Below are positions 29,201-36,652 of a DNA stretch of 64,000 nucleotides, piece after piece. Position 1 is the first letter of the stretch; every line of letters starts with the position of its first letter. Below the pieces are notes generated by a model, which saw only the letters and a program-made list of their open reading frames with translations, was not told the origin of the DNA and did not search any database. The DNA is taken from the NCBI GenBank assembly GCA_022340425.1, contig JAJDNY010000162.1:11632-75631 (forward strand). The letters run 5' to 3'. This DNA comes from Desulfobacteraceae bacterium (lineage in GTDB: Bacteria > Desulfobacterota > Desulfobacteria > Desulfobacterales > JAABRJ01). The translations under genes were made by a program, and so were the position numbers.

Positions 29201-29610
29201 AGGGTCTCTCCCTGTTGGAGGAGTGCTGCCGCAACTGGCGCCAAAACGGCAGCAAGCTGCGCTTCGCCGCCTTCGGGGCGATGCTGGCGGGTATCTATTC
29301 AGAGCTCTACCGCAAGGCCCGCGCCGGGGGTCAGGCTGAGTTGGCGCTTTCCGCCCAAAAGCAGGCGGCGGCCTATTTTCAGGACGCCGTTGAATCGGCC
29401 GCGGAGATCGGCGCCAAGGGGACTCTTGCCCGGGCCTACCGCGCCTGGGGCCGCTTCTACCAGGAGCAGGGCGACAGCGACCAGGCCCGGGGGTGCTTTA
29501 CCGCGGCCGCGGCTTACTTCCGTTCCTGCGGGGTGGAAAACCTGGCGCAACAGGCCGAAGAAGATCAGCGGGCCCTTGAGGGAGAGCCGGGGGCGGGGCC
29601 CACGGGATAG
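26230..29610 (+). CDS. Double zinc-ribbon + class III adenylate/guanylate cyclase + AAA/STAND ATPase + TPR protein
   Basis: ATG 26230 follows AGGAGG. There are two CxxC-x(10-11)-CxxC ribbons. The cyclase core is HVTVLFSDMSGYT...EKFAGDAVMAVFG. Walker A is CGTAGTGKS (27151..27174). The C-terminal ~500 aa are TPR-like. Confidence 0.8.
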   Translation: MKCPGCAHVNAPDARFCIQCGQMLGGVCPGCGAVNPAQGRFCSQCGAALTAGPFADAAPHPRVCQPEERRALPRPAAGERKHVTVLFSDMSGYTALTQRLDPEEVRDLMARLTHEITRVVARYEGFIEKFAGDAVMAVFGAIQAHEDDAIRAIIAAREIHERVAAYSRRYEEEIGQRLAMHSGINTGLVVTGSVDFEAGTHGIAGAPLNIASRLCALAGPGEILVGDDTYRHALGYFNFLALDPVAVKGVSVPVRIYRVVSLIGRPQKIHRFHGLRADLIGRSPELTTLAEALDRVRAGHGRLVTICGTAGTGKSRLVEEFRAVAGRAKVNWREGQCYPYSRNFTYFPFIDLLNRTLGIEEGDPAERVRAKIESGLDFVDHREEVVPYVGRLYNFDYPQLTRIGPETWRQRLQKAILDILTAMSRRAPTIICLEDLHWADPSSLELIRFLLSDFRYPALVILVYRPTLSLLSHQQTENLGEAYVEIRLEDLSPAETETMVGSLLKSQALPPELKRFVRDKAGGNPFYLEEIINSLVESGTLSPEKDGWVLRKTIGEARISATVHGVIAARVDRLEPAVKCILQEAAVIGRSFSHDILCRITDCETDLWHHLGSLETLDIIKARSFRPSVEYIFKHALTQEVVYGGLVTARRKAIHERVARVLEKLYADRLPESYEALAYHFQRGTSPDKAVTYLAASGAKSLGRYALEEAHRYYQSAYDRIGQHFTPPESDRQKIALINQWAFVHYYRGRYEELLQLLSDHRQSADRLTDDKNRGMFHAWLGCALWHRERFREAHQTLLTALSLAKEKEDMAFVGYASCWLAWVCSELGLLDEALAHAAKAQEIHRAGESDNFIYFSSVAATGYALWHKGEKAETAATGHSLLQFGREHGDYRAKGMGYCCLGWSALMGGDIPDACGFFEKAVLVSVDPWYAIFPKLALAYGLMVNGRVHEAKRQIAEGEAFCKEFGAEFGGQPARFFKGVILVGEGKVDEGLSLLEECCRNWRQNGSKLRFAAFGAMLAGIYSELYRKARAGGQAELALSAQKQAAAYFQDAVESAAEIGAKGTLARAYRAWGRFYQEQGDSDQARGCFTAAAAYFRSCGVENLAQQAEEDQRALEGEPGAGPTG

Positions 29611-29838
29611 TGTCGGTGGGTTGTAGGGTTATTCCCTGAAGCTGCCGTTCACCGTCGCAGCACCCGTTGGGATCGGCGCCGTTTGCCTTTCCGTCCCATG
29701 CCCCCGGAGAGCATCAGCACGACGGACATCTTCGTCGCCTGCCGACCGGCAGGGGACGGCTGACGGGGTGTGGTGGGAGAGCTGCTACGGTGGGTCCACC
29801 AGCTTCCCCGCTGCCTTGCCCGCACGTTTGAACCGGTT

Positions 29839-30369
29839 TTATCGATTACCGGGTAGCTTCAATCTTGGGGGCGATGGGGATGATGCGGGTTTGTTGGCCT
29901 GCAGGTCCCATCCCGCCTGGACGTTTCCGCCGCCAGTGCCGTCTGCATGTTTCTGTTTGACGTAGGTCTGCTCAATCTTGCCGTAGGTAAAAGAGACCGT
30001 CTCGGTGGGGTCCCTGCCGCCGTCCCCGCTGACGGTAACACCGCTGACGGTAACTTCGCTCATCTTGTATTCCATGAATTTCAGCCTGTCTCCGCCGGCC
30101 CGGCAGAGTTCCAGAACGACCTCCTTGATGTGCTCCCCCTTGGCGCATGCCACGAAAAGCAGGGGCGTTGCGGCATCCAGGGGCTTCACGATGGTAAGAT
30201 CCGCAAAATCCGCCCGCCGGCTCGACCCACCTCCGGAGCCAGCCTGGAATGCCCTGGCCTGCTGGTTGCACCCCCAAGAAAAAGAGAGGACCGCGATCCA
30301 CTCCCGATGCCTGTCATCGGTGCTTTCACCTTCGATCCCATCGATTCTCAAAAACACATTCGCCGGCAT
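29839..30369 (-). CDS. hcp: Hcp1-family tube protein (T6SS Hcp / phage tail-tube fold), orphan
   Basis: ATG 30369 follows AGGAGG. MPANVFLRIDGIEGESTDDRHREWIAVLSFSWG...TPLLFVACAKGEHI...GWDLQANK tracks Hcp1 sequences along the whole length. A 17-aa Pro/Ser-rich tail follows. Confidence 0.8.
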   Translation of the reverse strand: MPANVFLRIDGIEGESTDDRHREWIAVLSFSWGCNQQARAFQAGSGGGSSRRADFADLTIVKPLDAATPLLFVACAKGEHIKEVVLELCRAGGDRLKFMEYKMSEVTVSGVTVSGDGGRDPTETVSFTYGKIEQTYVKQKHADGTGGGNVQAGWDLQANKPASSPSPPRLKLPGNR

Positions 30370-30481
30370 GGAGGCCTCCTCTGTTTTTTGGGGATTGGGC
30401 TCGAGATTCGGGTCCGCGCGGCGCCTGAAACGCGCTTCGTTTCCTGCCGGGGGCGGCAACGACGAAAACGGTGTGCGTGAA

Positions 30482-30820
30482 TCACGGCGCATTTTCAGCC
30501 AGGATGCCGTCACCTTCGCCGATGGGCTCCTCGCCCGTCATGAGGTGAAACATATTGGGGTTCTGCTCATACCAGCCAAACTTTATCGGTTTTTCGTTGC
30601 GCAAGAGATCCACCATCGTTGCCAGTTGCTGATAGTCCATGTGCCCGTAGAAGCGCTGACCGAAGGTCGTAGGCGCCGACGCATTGGGAATTGGACCGTC
30701 TTTGTGGAATTTTAGCAAGGCATAAAACCCATCGCCCATCAGTTGAACACCGCCGTAGTAGTCTCCCTGACCGCCCACCGACACCTTGTAGCTGGTGATT
30801 TCATACCATTTCCACGCCAT
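30482..30820 (-). CDS. Hypothetical 112-aa protein (W/Y-rich, no Cys, no recognisable motif)
   Basis: ATG follows AGGAGG. It is co-oriented between the giant gene and hcp. Confidence 0.55.
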   Translation of the reverse strand: MAWKWYEITSYKVSVGGQGDYYGGVQLMGDGFYALLKFHKDGPIPNASAPTTFGQRFYGHMDYQQLATMVDLLRNEKPIKFGWYEQNPNMFHLMTGEEPIGEGDGILAENAP

Positions 30821-31005
30821 GGGACACCTCCTTTATGATGGGATGTTGGTTGCCGTTCCAGCCCCGCCCTTTGCGGCGCATTCACGCCCCTTCCCCTGGT
30901 CCAGACCGGGTTCGGTTCCGGCAATATCGGTGAAGGGAAAACAAGCGCTTTCCGGTTCACATGCACCGTCCGCGTGCAGCGCGACAGGACAGGTTGGGCC
31001 GGCTT

Positions 31006-34000
31006 TCAGATCGCGTTTCGAATCATCGTCAAGGCCTCCTCGATCCTGGCATTGGGTGCCTCGTAGACTTCCAGGATGAAATCCAGGTGCTCCCCGATGG
31101 AGGCCATCTGCCGGGGGCTGGTGCCCCGCAGGCCGGCATCCCGGTACTTTTCCACGATGGCCTTGGCGTCCTCTTCCATCTTTTGGGCTGCCGCATTCGG
31201 GTTGGCCAGGAGCAGGACCAGCAGGCAATCCGCTTCGGCCACGGCACCCCAGAAATCGGGTTTTTCTTCATAGCGCTTGCGGGCGATGTCGATGGTTTGG
31301 CGGCATTCGGCTACCAATTCCGTCCTCCAGGTCGCCGCACGGGATTTGCGGATCCGCTCCAGAAGTACCCTGGCCAGGGCATAATTGGTGAAGGCGTAAG
31401 GGTCCTCGCGGTCCAGGTCATAGGCGCCGCGGTAAGTGTTCATCATGCTTTCAAGGGCCTTTTGCCTGTCTTCACGGGTTTCGAGAATATAGACCTGGCG
31501 TTTGAAGGCCCCGCCCAGGAGGTTCAGCCGCTCGATGCTCTTGCCGGTTTGCACCAGACGCTCCAGGGTGTCCAGCGCCTGGCCGACCTCTTCCAAAAGT
31601 TTCCGGTGCCTTTTTTCACGTTCCTCGCCGGCCTTCAGCCGTCGCAGATCCTGCCACGCCGCAGCGGCTGCACGCACCTTGAAATTGGCGGCCTGCTCCA
31701 CGGCCCGCATGGGGCAGTCGCCCCGGTCGGCCTTGATGGCCTTCTCCAGCCAATCCGCCGCCTTGCGGTAGGCACCGGTTTCGCCCCAGGCAAAACCCAG
31801 GGCGGCGGCCACATCGGCGCGCTTTGGCCATTTCTCGCGGTGGGATTCCGGGATCCGTTTGATGTATTTTCCGATCTGATCCCCCATGGCGGCGAGCGAC
31901 GATCCAACGGGGTCTTCGGCGCGCATTTGCATCCGGATCCACTGGGTGTGGTTGTCCAGGTCGGCAATCAGTTCGCGGGGGGTGAAATAGGCCCTTTTCT
32001 CCTTTTTCGTCTCCGGGGAGCCGTCTCCGTGCAGCCGGAACGCGGGGTCGCCGTAGCACTGATATGCGCCCCAGGTGTTGACGTTGGGAAAGCGCAGATG
32101 GATTTCCTGGCGCGCCGCCCTGACGGCCTCGCCGAAGGCCTCCCCGGAGAGCAGGCGGTGATAAAAGGTTTCCGCAAAGGCCTCGGCAGCGCCGTCATCC
32201 ACGGCCCAGCCGGCTGCCACCACCGCCTTGACCCCCATGTCGATGAACTGCATGGCCAAGTTGGCCGCCAGCAGGCCGTAGGCGACCTGGGACGGTGGGC
32301 CGGTCTTGCCCAGGTGGCAGCAATTGACGAAGACCAGTTCCGGCACCCAGCGCATCTGTTCCACATCCCCCGGCGTCAGGATGGTGTTCTTGCCGATGAC
32401 CATGCCGGAAATGCGCTTCGGGGCCTTTCCGACGTCCCTGCCTGACAGGCCCTTTGGGGCTTTCTCGACCTCTTCAAAATTCCCTTCGCTCACGGGGTCG
32501 TCGATCTCGAATGCGTGCACCCCGTGGCCGGCCAGATGCAGGATCCGCCAGGCGTCCTTGTGGAGCCCGGAGAGGATGGCGTCGGTTCGCTCGTCGATGC
32601 AGCCGACGGCTCGGAACCCGTTGGCGTTCAGCATGGCCAGCACTTTCTGGGCCTCGCTGCGCGCACCGGGCAGGTCGCCGAAGGCGTTCCAGCCCTCCAG
32701 GTCGGGGTTGCCGATCACCAGTGCGGTGGGGTCCACGGCGTGTGCCGGGTGGGGCCGGAATTTGGGGGTCTTGCGCTGACGGATCAGCCCCGAGGTCACC
32801 GCCGGCGGGCGTCCCGAATGGCTCCAGCGATCCTCCAGCAGTTCCCACGGGAAACGGGCGGACTCGTCATCCAGCAGCAATACCAGATCGTCCTGTTTGG
32901 GGGCCTGTTCCTTGAGTCGATTGGGCAGAAGCATCTCGAAGAGGGTCTTGGCCACCTCGGGATTGGCGCTGGCGGATCGCGAGGCCTGCAGGATGAAGCG
33001 ATCGGCCAGGCGCAACTGGCCGGTGGCAAGGGTTTCCTCGGCCCTGGCGCGGTTTGTGGTGGCAACGAAGCGCAGCAGATCGCTTTCTTTTTCACGGACG
33101 ATTTCCAGCCGCTGCCACCACCCCTCGGCCTCGCCGTATCGGATTCGGCGCCGCCCGCCCTGCCCCGCTTCGACCACCCGCGCGGGCCAGTCCAGCGCCA
33201 GGTTCAATTCGCCATCAGCAAGAGCCACTTCCAAGGCTTCGGCGGCGGTGATGGCGACATCTTCGAACAAGTCCAGAAATTCGATCCGATCGATCACCAC
33301 GCGGTCCTCCATGCGGGCATCGACCAGTTTGCGGTTGACCGCTACGGCCCCGCGCAGAATGGCGCAAACGGAATCCCGGATGCTCATGCCGCCGGCGCCC
33401 GTGGCCACCAGGAGGGAGGTGATCCTGACCGAGCGGGACCCCCCCATGGGCCCGAAGCGTTCATCCGGCCACTGCGAAACCTTCAGGGCATAGTCCAGCA
33501 GGGCGTCGTGCACGCAGGACGTGAGAAGGTTTGGTGAGATCTCGCCCACCTGCCCCAGCCCGACGACGATGGCGCCCCCCGGCTTGGCATCTTTTTTCCG
33601 GTTGAAGAACAGGGCGTGGGTGCCCAGCCGCCCGGGATAGATGCCCAGATCGCGCCGCTGGGTAAGCATCTTGTCCAGCCGGCAGTTCAAGGCCTCCTCC
33701 GCGCTGACGATGGTGTCCCCCCAGTAATGGCCCACCAGGACCGGGTGGGAGGCGTAGGCCAAATCACCATGCCGGACGCTGACCGTGATGGCGGGCACCC
33801 CCCTGCCTGCCGCGGCCGGGTCGAAAGGCCGGCTGGGGCCGAAGCCGAAGCTCCGCAGGCCCTCCTCGTCGGGAATGCCGTCGCTGGGGGGCACGCTGGG
33901 CATGCTAAAAAGGCCTTCCGGCCGCCGCCCCGCGCGAACCGCCAGCGGCGGCACCTGTGACAGGCGGCTGGTGGCCCCCGTCATCAGCAGCTCGAGATAC

Positions 34001-36537
34001 CCGGGAAATGCCCGTTTTTTGGCACACAGCTCGTCGTGGGCCGTGTCCTCCAGATACCAGACCGGCACATTGCCGATGGCGCCGGAGGCCCAGGTCACGG
34101 TGCCGTCGCCTTCCGAGGTGCCCTTGAAGTCCAGCCGTTTTCGTCCGGCCAGGCGGGGCTCCTCGTAGGGGACCAGCTCATAATCGGCCACCGTGGCCCT
34201 CTGGGAGCCCGCCACGTAAACGCTGAGCTTGGGGTCGGGAACGGTTTTGCCCAGGGCATCCCAGGTGGTTCTGGCCTTTGCCAGAACCGTTTCCCTGGCT
34301 GGTTTCCAGTGCGCATTCAATTCATCTTTCAATCCCCGCCACAGGCCCGGTTGGCTGAAATCCGGATCCCCCGCAGCGAAGGGCAGCAGTTCCAGGAGAC
34401 CGGGGAACTCCCGGACGATATTGATGATCGCGTCCATGTTGTTTTTCAGGTCCAGCAGGGCGAGCTTGGCCTGGGTGGGGTTGAAACCGGTCAACCAGCG
34501 CATGGCCTCGTAGGAGCCGTGGTTGGGGGTGCCCAGCATCATGAAGCGGCTGTTGGGCAGCGCCGCAATCCGCTGCCAGAGTTCGGCGCCGCGGCCGCCG
34601 TCGCCCATCATGGCGCGCACCACGAGCCCCCCCATGGAGTGGGCGATGATGTGCACCGGCTGCTTCATGCGCTCGGCCTGGGGCAGCCAGTCTGCCAATC
34701 GGTCGGCCAGTTTTTGGGCCGCATCGCGAACCGAGTCGCGCCAGTTGTAGGGGAATATCTCCACGCGGTGGCTGCGCGCCAAAAACTCCAGCAGGGGACC
34801 GTAGAACTGGTCCAGCAGATCGGTGGGATCGATCTGGGTTTGGGGTGCCTTGAGCCGTGCCAGCCCCCCCCACATCAACGCCCAGTAGTTCAGCCAGACC
34901 GGTTCGCCGTCCACGCTCAAGGCGCTGCCCATGGTCCCCGGCAGCACCACCGCCAGGGGCCTCGGCGTGCCGCTCGCCCGGCTGCGGCGCACGGCCTCGC
35001 GCCAGCGCGGCTCCTCGTGCTTGGCTTTCTCGATCGGTTGGAAACCGCCGTCGCCGGCATCGACACGGGTGAGGCCCGAGACCAGCCAGTTGATGCTTTT
35101 TTTGTTTTCGAAGTAGTTGAAATGGCACACCGCGGCGCCCTGGTCGAACTGAAAGCGGGCACCTTTTTCCGGGCGCCGGATACCGCCGAACATGGAACCG
35201 GTGTTGACCACCAGGTCATGCTCGGCGCCGTAGAACCAGTCGGTGGCCAACAACTTGATCTGCCCCCAGAGGGTTTCGCCCTCGATATCCCCGGAGATCA
35301 CCGAGAGATCGGCCCCCGTTTTCAGGTGCGGGTGGTGCAGCAACCGGGTGAGGGCCGAGCCCGGCATCATCGCCTCCAGACCCGGCAGAGTCCGGGGGTC
35401 GGTGCGTTCTTTCACCACCGCCAGCAGAAAATCCACCGCGTCCCCGAAAAACCCCTTGCCGCTGATGAAGTCCAGCACCGACAACCACCGGTCCAGCCGC
35501 CCCGAAGCCAGGGTCGTGCCGCGCGCCGGACAGGCCACCCGGACGAAGCGGGTCACCTGGAACTTTTTGAGATCCAGAAGGTCCCGCAACGCTTCCAGCA
35601 GGCTGCGGTCCTTCACATAGGCCTCGTCTCTGGCCTCCTTGGATTTGGAATCCAGGGGCTTCAAGCCAAGCTGCCGGGCCATGGTGCGGTCGGATTGGAA
35701 GAGTTCCGCATAGTCGCTTTTGAGGGGATCGTTTTGCGTGTCGCGCTGGCCAAGGCAGAGCAGCTCTCCCACCAGCCCGCCCCGGGAGTGGCTGACCAGG
35801 TGAAGCTGCGCACCCTCCGGCAGGAGCTTCGCCAGGATCTTCGCCAGTTCCAGTGCGTTTTCGATGGGGCTTTGGGTCAGCGAGCGGTGTTCGAAGGCAA
35901 AAACGCGCTCACCGTATGTCTCCCCCAGGACCTTGCGGGCCTGCTCCCCCTGGGCGTTTTGAGCTTCCCACAGCTTGCCGAAACTCCCCCGGGTGCTGGA
36001 GGCGGTGCCGTGGAGAAACACCAGGATCGGCCTCTGGCCGTCGCCAATGGGGTTTTCGGTACTTACCGGCAGAAGGGAAAAGTCCCCCGTCATCTGGCAG
36101 CGGTAGAGCCCGGGGGTGTTGCCGCCAAGCTGCTTGGCCTCGAACTTGTGGCTCAGGCCGTGGGCGGTTTTGCCGGCCAGATCGATGCCGAAAAAATCCA
36201 ACACCCGGATGCCCAGCTTCAACCAACCGCGTTCGCCCCGCTGCCGGATGCGGCTGGGCGCCCGTAGGGCGATCTCCCAGGCAGGCTCGCCGCCGCGGCC
36301 AAGAACCCGGGTGCCGTGCTCGGCGACGAGGTCGTCCGCCCGTGTCCACAGGACGAAGCCGTTGTCGAGCTCCACCCGGACCACTTCATCCGCCTGAACC
36401 ACCATTTCGGCGGCCCCGGCTTCCCGCAAGCCCCGGGGCAGCAGCCGCCGATTGGAGGAAATGGAGACCTCCCGGGTGACGGGACTTTCAGTGGCGCCTT
36501 CCAGGCCGGCAACATGAAATGATTTGGCTGTGGTCAT
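31006..36537 (-). CDS. Giant multidomain protein: two alpha/beta-hydrolase (lipase/esterase-like) modules + CHAT (caspase-fold) protease + TPR-like C-terminal region
   Basis: I prefer ATG 36537 (AGGAG upstream) to the track TTG at 36570. In track numbering: VSHSRGG with Ser262 (35785..35787), HDLVVN and VCHF; IIAHSMGG with Ser645 (34636..34638), EGDGTV and TAHDEL; CHAT HLAGHG with His1349 (32524..32526) and FVNCCHLG with Cys1418 (32317..32319). There is no signal peptide. Confidence 0.8.
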   Translation of the reverse strand: MTTAKSFHVAGLEGATESPVTREVSISSNRRLLPRGLREAGAAEMVVQADEVVRVELDNGFVLWTRADDLVAEHGTRVLGRGGEPAWEIALRAPSRIRQRGERGWLKLGIRVLDFFGIDLAGKTAHGLSHKFEAKQLGGNTPGLYRCQMTGDFSLLPVSTENPIGDGQRPILVFLHGTASSTRGSFGKLWEAQNAQGEQARKVLGETYGERVFAFEHRSLTQSPIENALELAKILAKLLPEGAQLHLVSHSRGGLVGELLCLGQRDTQNDPLKSDYAELFQSDRTMARQLGLKPLDSKSKEARDEAYVKDRSLLEALRDLLDLKKFQVTRFVRVACPARGTTLASGRLDRWLSVLDFISGKGFFGDAVDFLLAVVKERTDPRTLPGLEAMMPGSALTRLLHHPHLKTGADLSVISGDIEGETLWGQIKLLATDWFYGAEHDLVVNTGSMFGGIRRPEKGARFQFDQGAAVCHFNYFENKKSINWLVSGLTRVDAGDGGFQPIEKAKHEEPRWREAVRRSRASGTPRPLAVVLPGTMGSALSVDGEPVWLNYWALMWGGLARLKAPQTQIDPTDLLDQFYGPLLEFLARSHRVEIFPYNWRDSVRDAAQKLADRLADWLPQAERMKQPVHIIAHSMGGLVVRAMMGDGGRGAELWQRIAALPNSRFMMLGTPNHGSYEAMRWLTGFNPTQAKLALLDLKNNMDAIINIVREFPGLLELLPFAAGDPDFSQPGLWRGLKDELNAHWKPARETVLAKARTTWDALGKTVPDPKLSVYVAGSQRATVADYELVPYEEPRLAGRKRLDFKGTSEGDGTVTWASGAIGNVPVWYLEDTAHDELCAKKRAFPGYLELLMTGATSRLSQVPPLAVRAGRRPEGLFSMPSVPPSDGIPDEEGLRSFGFGPSRPFDPAAAGRGVPAITVSVRHGDLAYASHPVLVGHYWGDTIVSAEEALNCRLDKMLTQRRDLGIYPGRLGTHALFFNRKKDAKPGGAIVVGLGQVGEISPNLLTSCVHDALLDYALKVSQWPDERFGPMGGSRSVRITSLLVATGAGGMSIRDSVCAILRGAVAVNRKLVDARMEDRVVIDRIEFLDLFEDVAITAAEALEVALADGELNLALDWPARVVEAGQGGRRRIRYGEAEGWWQRLEIVREKESDLLRFVATTNRARAEETLATGQLRLADRFILQASRSASANPEVAKTLFEMLLPNRLKEQAPKQDDLVLLLDDESARFPWELLEDRWSHSGRPPAVTSGLIRQRKTPKFRPHPAHAVDPTALVIGNPDLEGWNAFGDLPGARSEAQKVLAMLNANGFRAVGCIDERTDAILSGLHKDAWRILHLAGHGVHAFEIDDPVSEGNFEEVEKAPKGLSGRDVGKAPKRISGMVIGKNTILTPGDVEQMRWVPELVFVNCCHLGKTGPPSQVAYGLLAANLAMQFIDMGVKAVVAAGWAVDDGAAEAFAETFYHRLLSGEAFGEAVRAARQEIHLRFPNVNTWGAYQCYGDPAFRLHGDGSPETKKEKRAYFTPRELIADLDNHTQWIRMQMRAEDPVGSSLAAMGDQIGKYIKRIPESHREKWPKRADVAAALGFAWGETGAYRKAADWLEKAIKADRGDCPMRAVEQAANFKVRAAAAAWQDLRRLKAGEEREKRHRKLLEEVGQALDTLERLVQTGKSIERLNLLGGAFKRQVYILETREDRQKALESMMNTYRGAYDLDREDPYAFTNYALARVLLERIRKSRAATWRTELVAECRQTIDIARKRYEEKPDFWGAVAEADCLLVLLLANPNAAAQKMEEDAKAIVEKYRDAGLRGTSPRQMASIGEHLDFILEVYEAPNARIEEALTMIRNAI

Positions 36538-36652
36538 GGCGCACGCTCCTGTTTTTTCATGGGTTTTCAAGAGGGATACCCGACCCGTGCCGGCCGGGAG
36601 GCCTTCCGCCCCGCCGGCGGCATAAAGACATTGGGGGCGGGATCATCGATGG

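Noticed and set aside
24079-29610. Canonical Thoeris or Pycsar system (TIR next to a cyclase)
   Set aside because: There is no ThsA (SIR2/SLOG) gene. The TIR protein lacks a cNMP-binding domain. The cyclase is a 1126-aa STAND fusion rather than a compact PycC. Only a looser analogy is retained in the findings.
29839-30369. Calling a type VI secretion locus
   Set aside because: Only hcp is present. No tssA-M, vgrG, PAAR or clpV is recognisable anywhere in the 64 kb, so a T6SS cluster cannot be claimed from this window.
34036-36267. 743-aa plus-strand ORF (and 32515..33537, 30961..32445) opposite the giant gene
   Set aside because: These are antisense artefacts. The minus strand carries clear catalytic motifs and an RBS, while the plus-strand translations have no motifs and low complexity.
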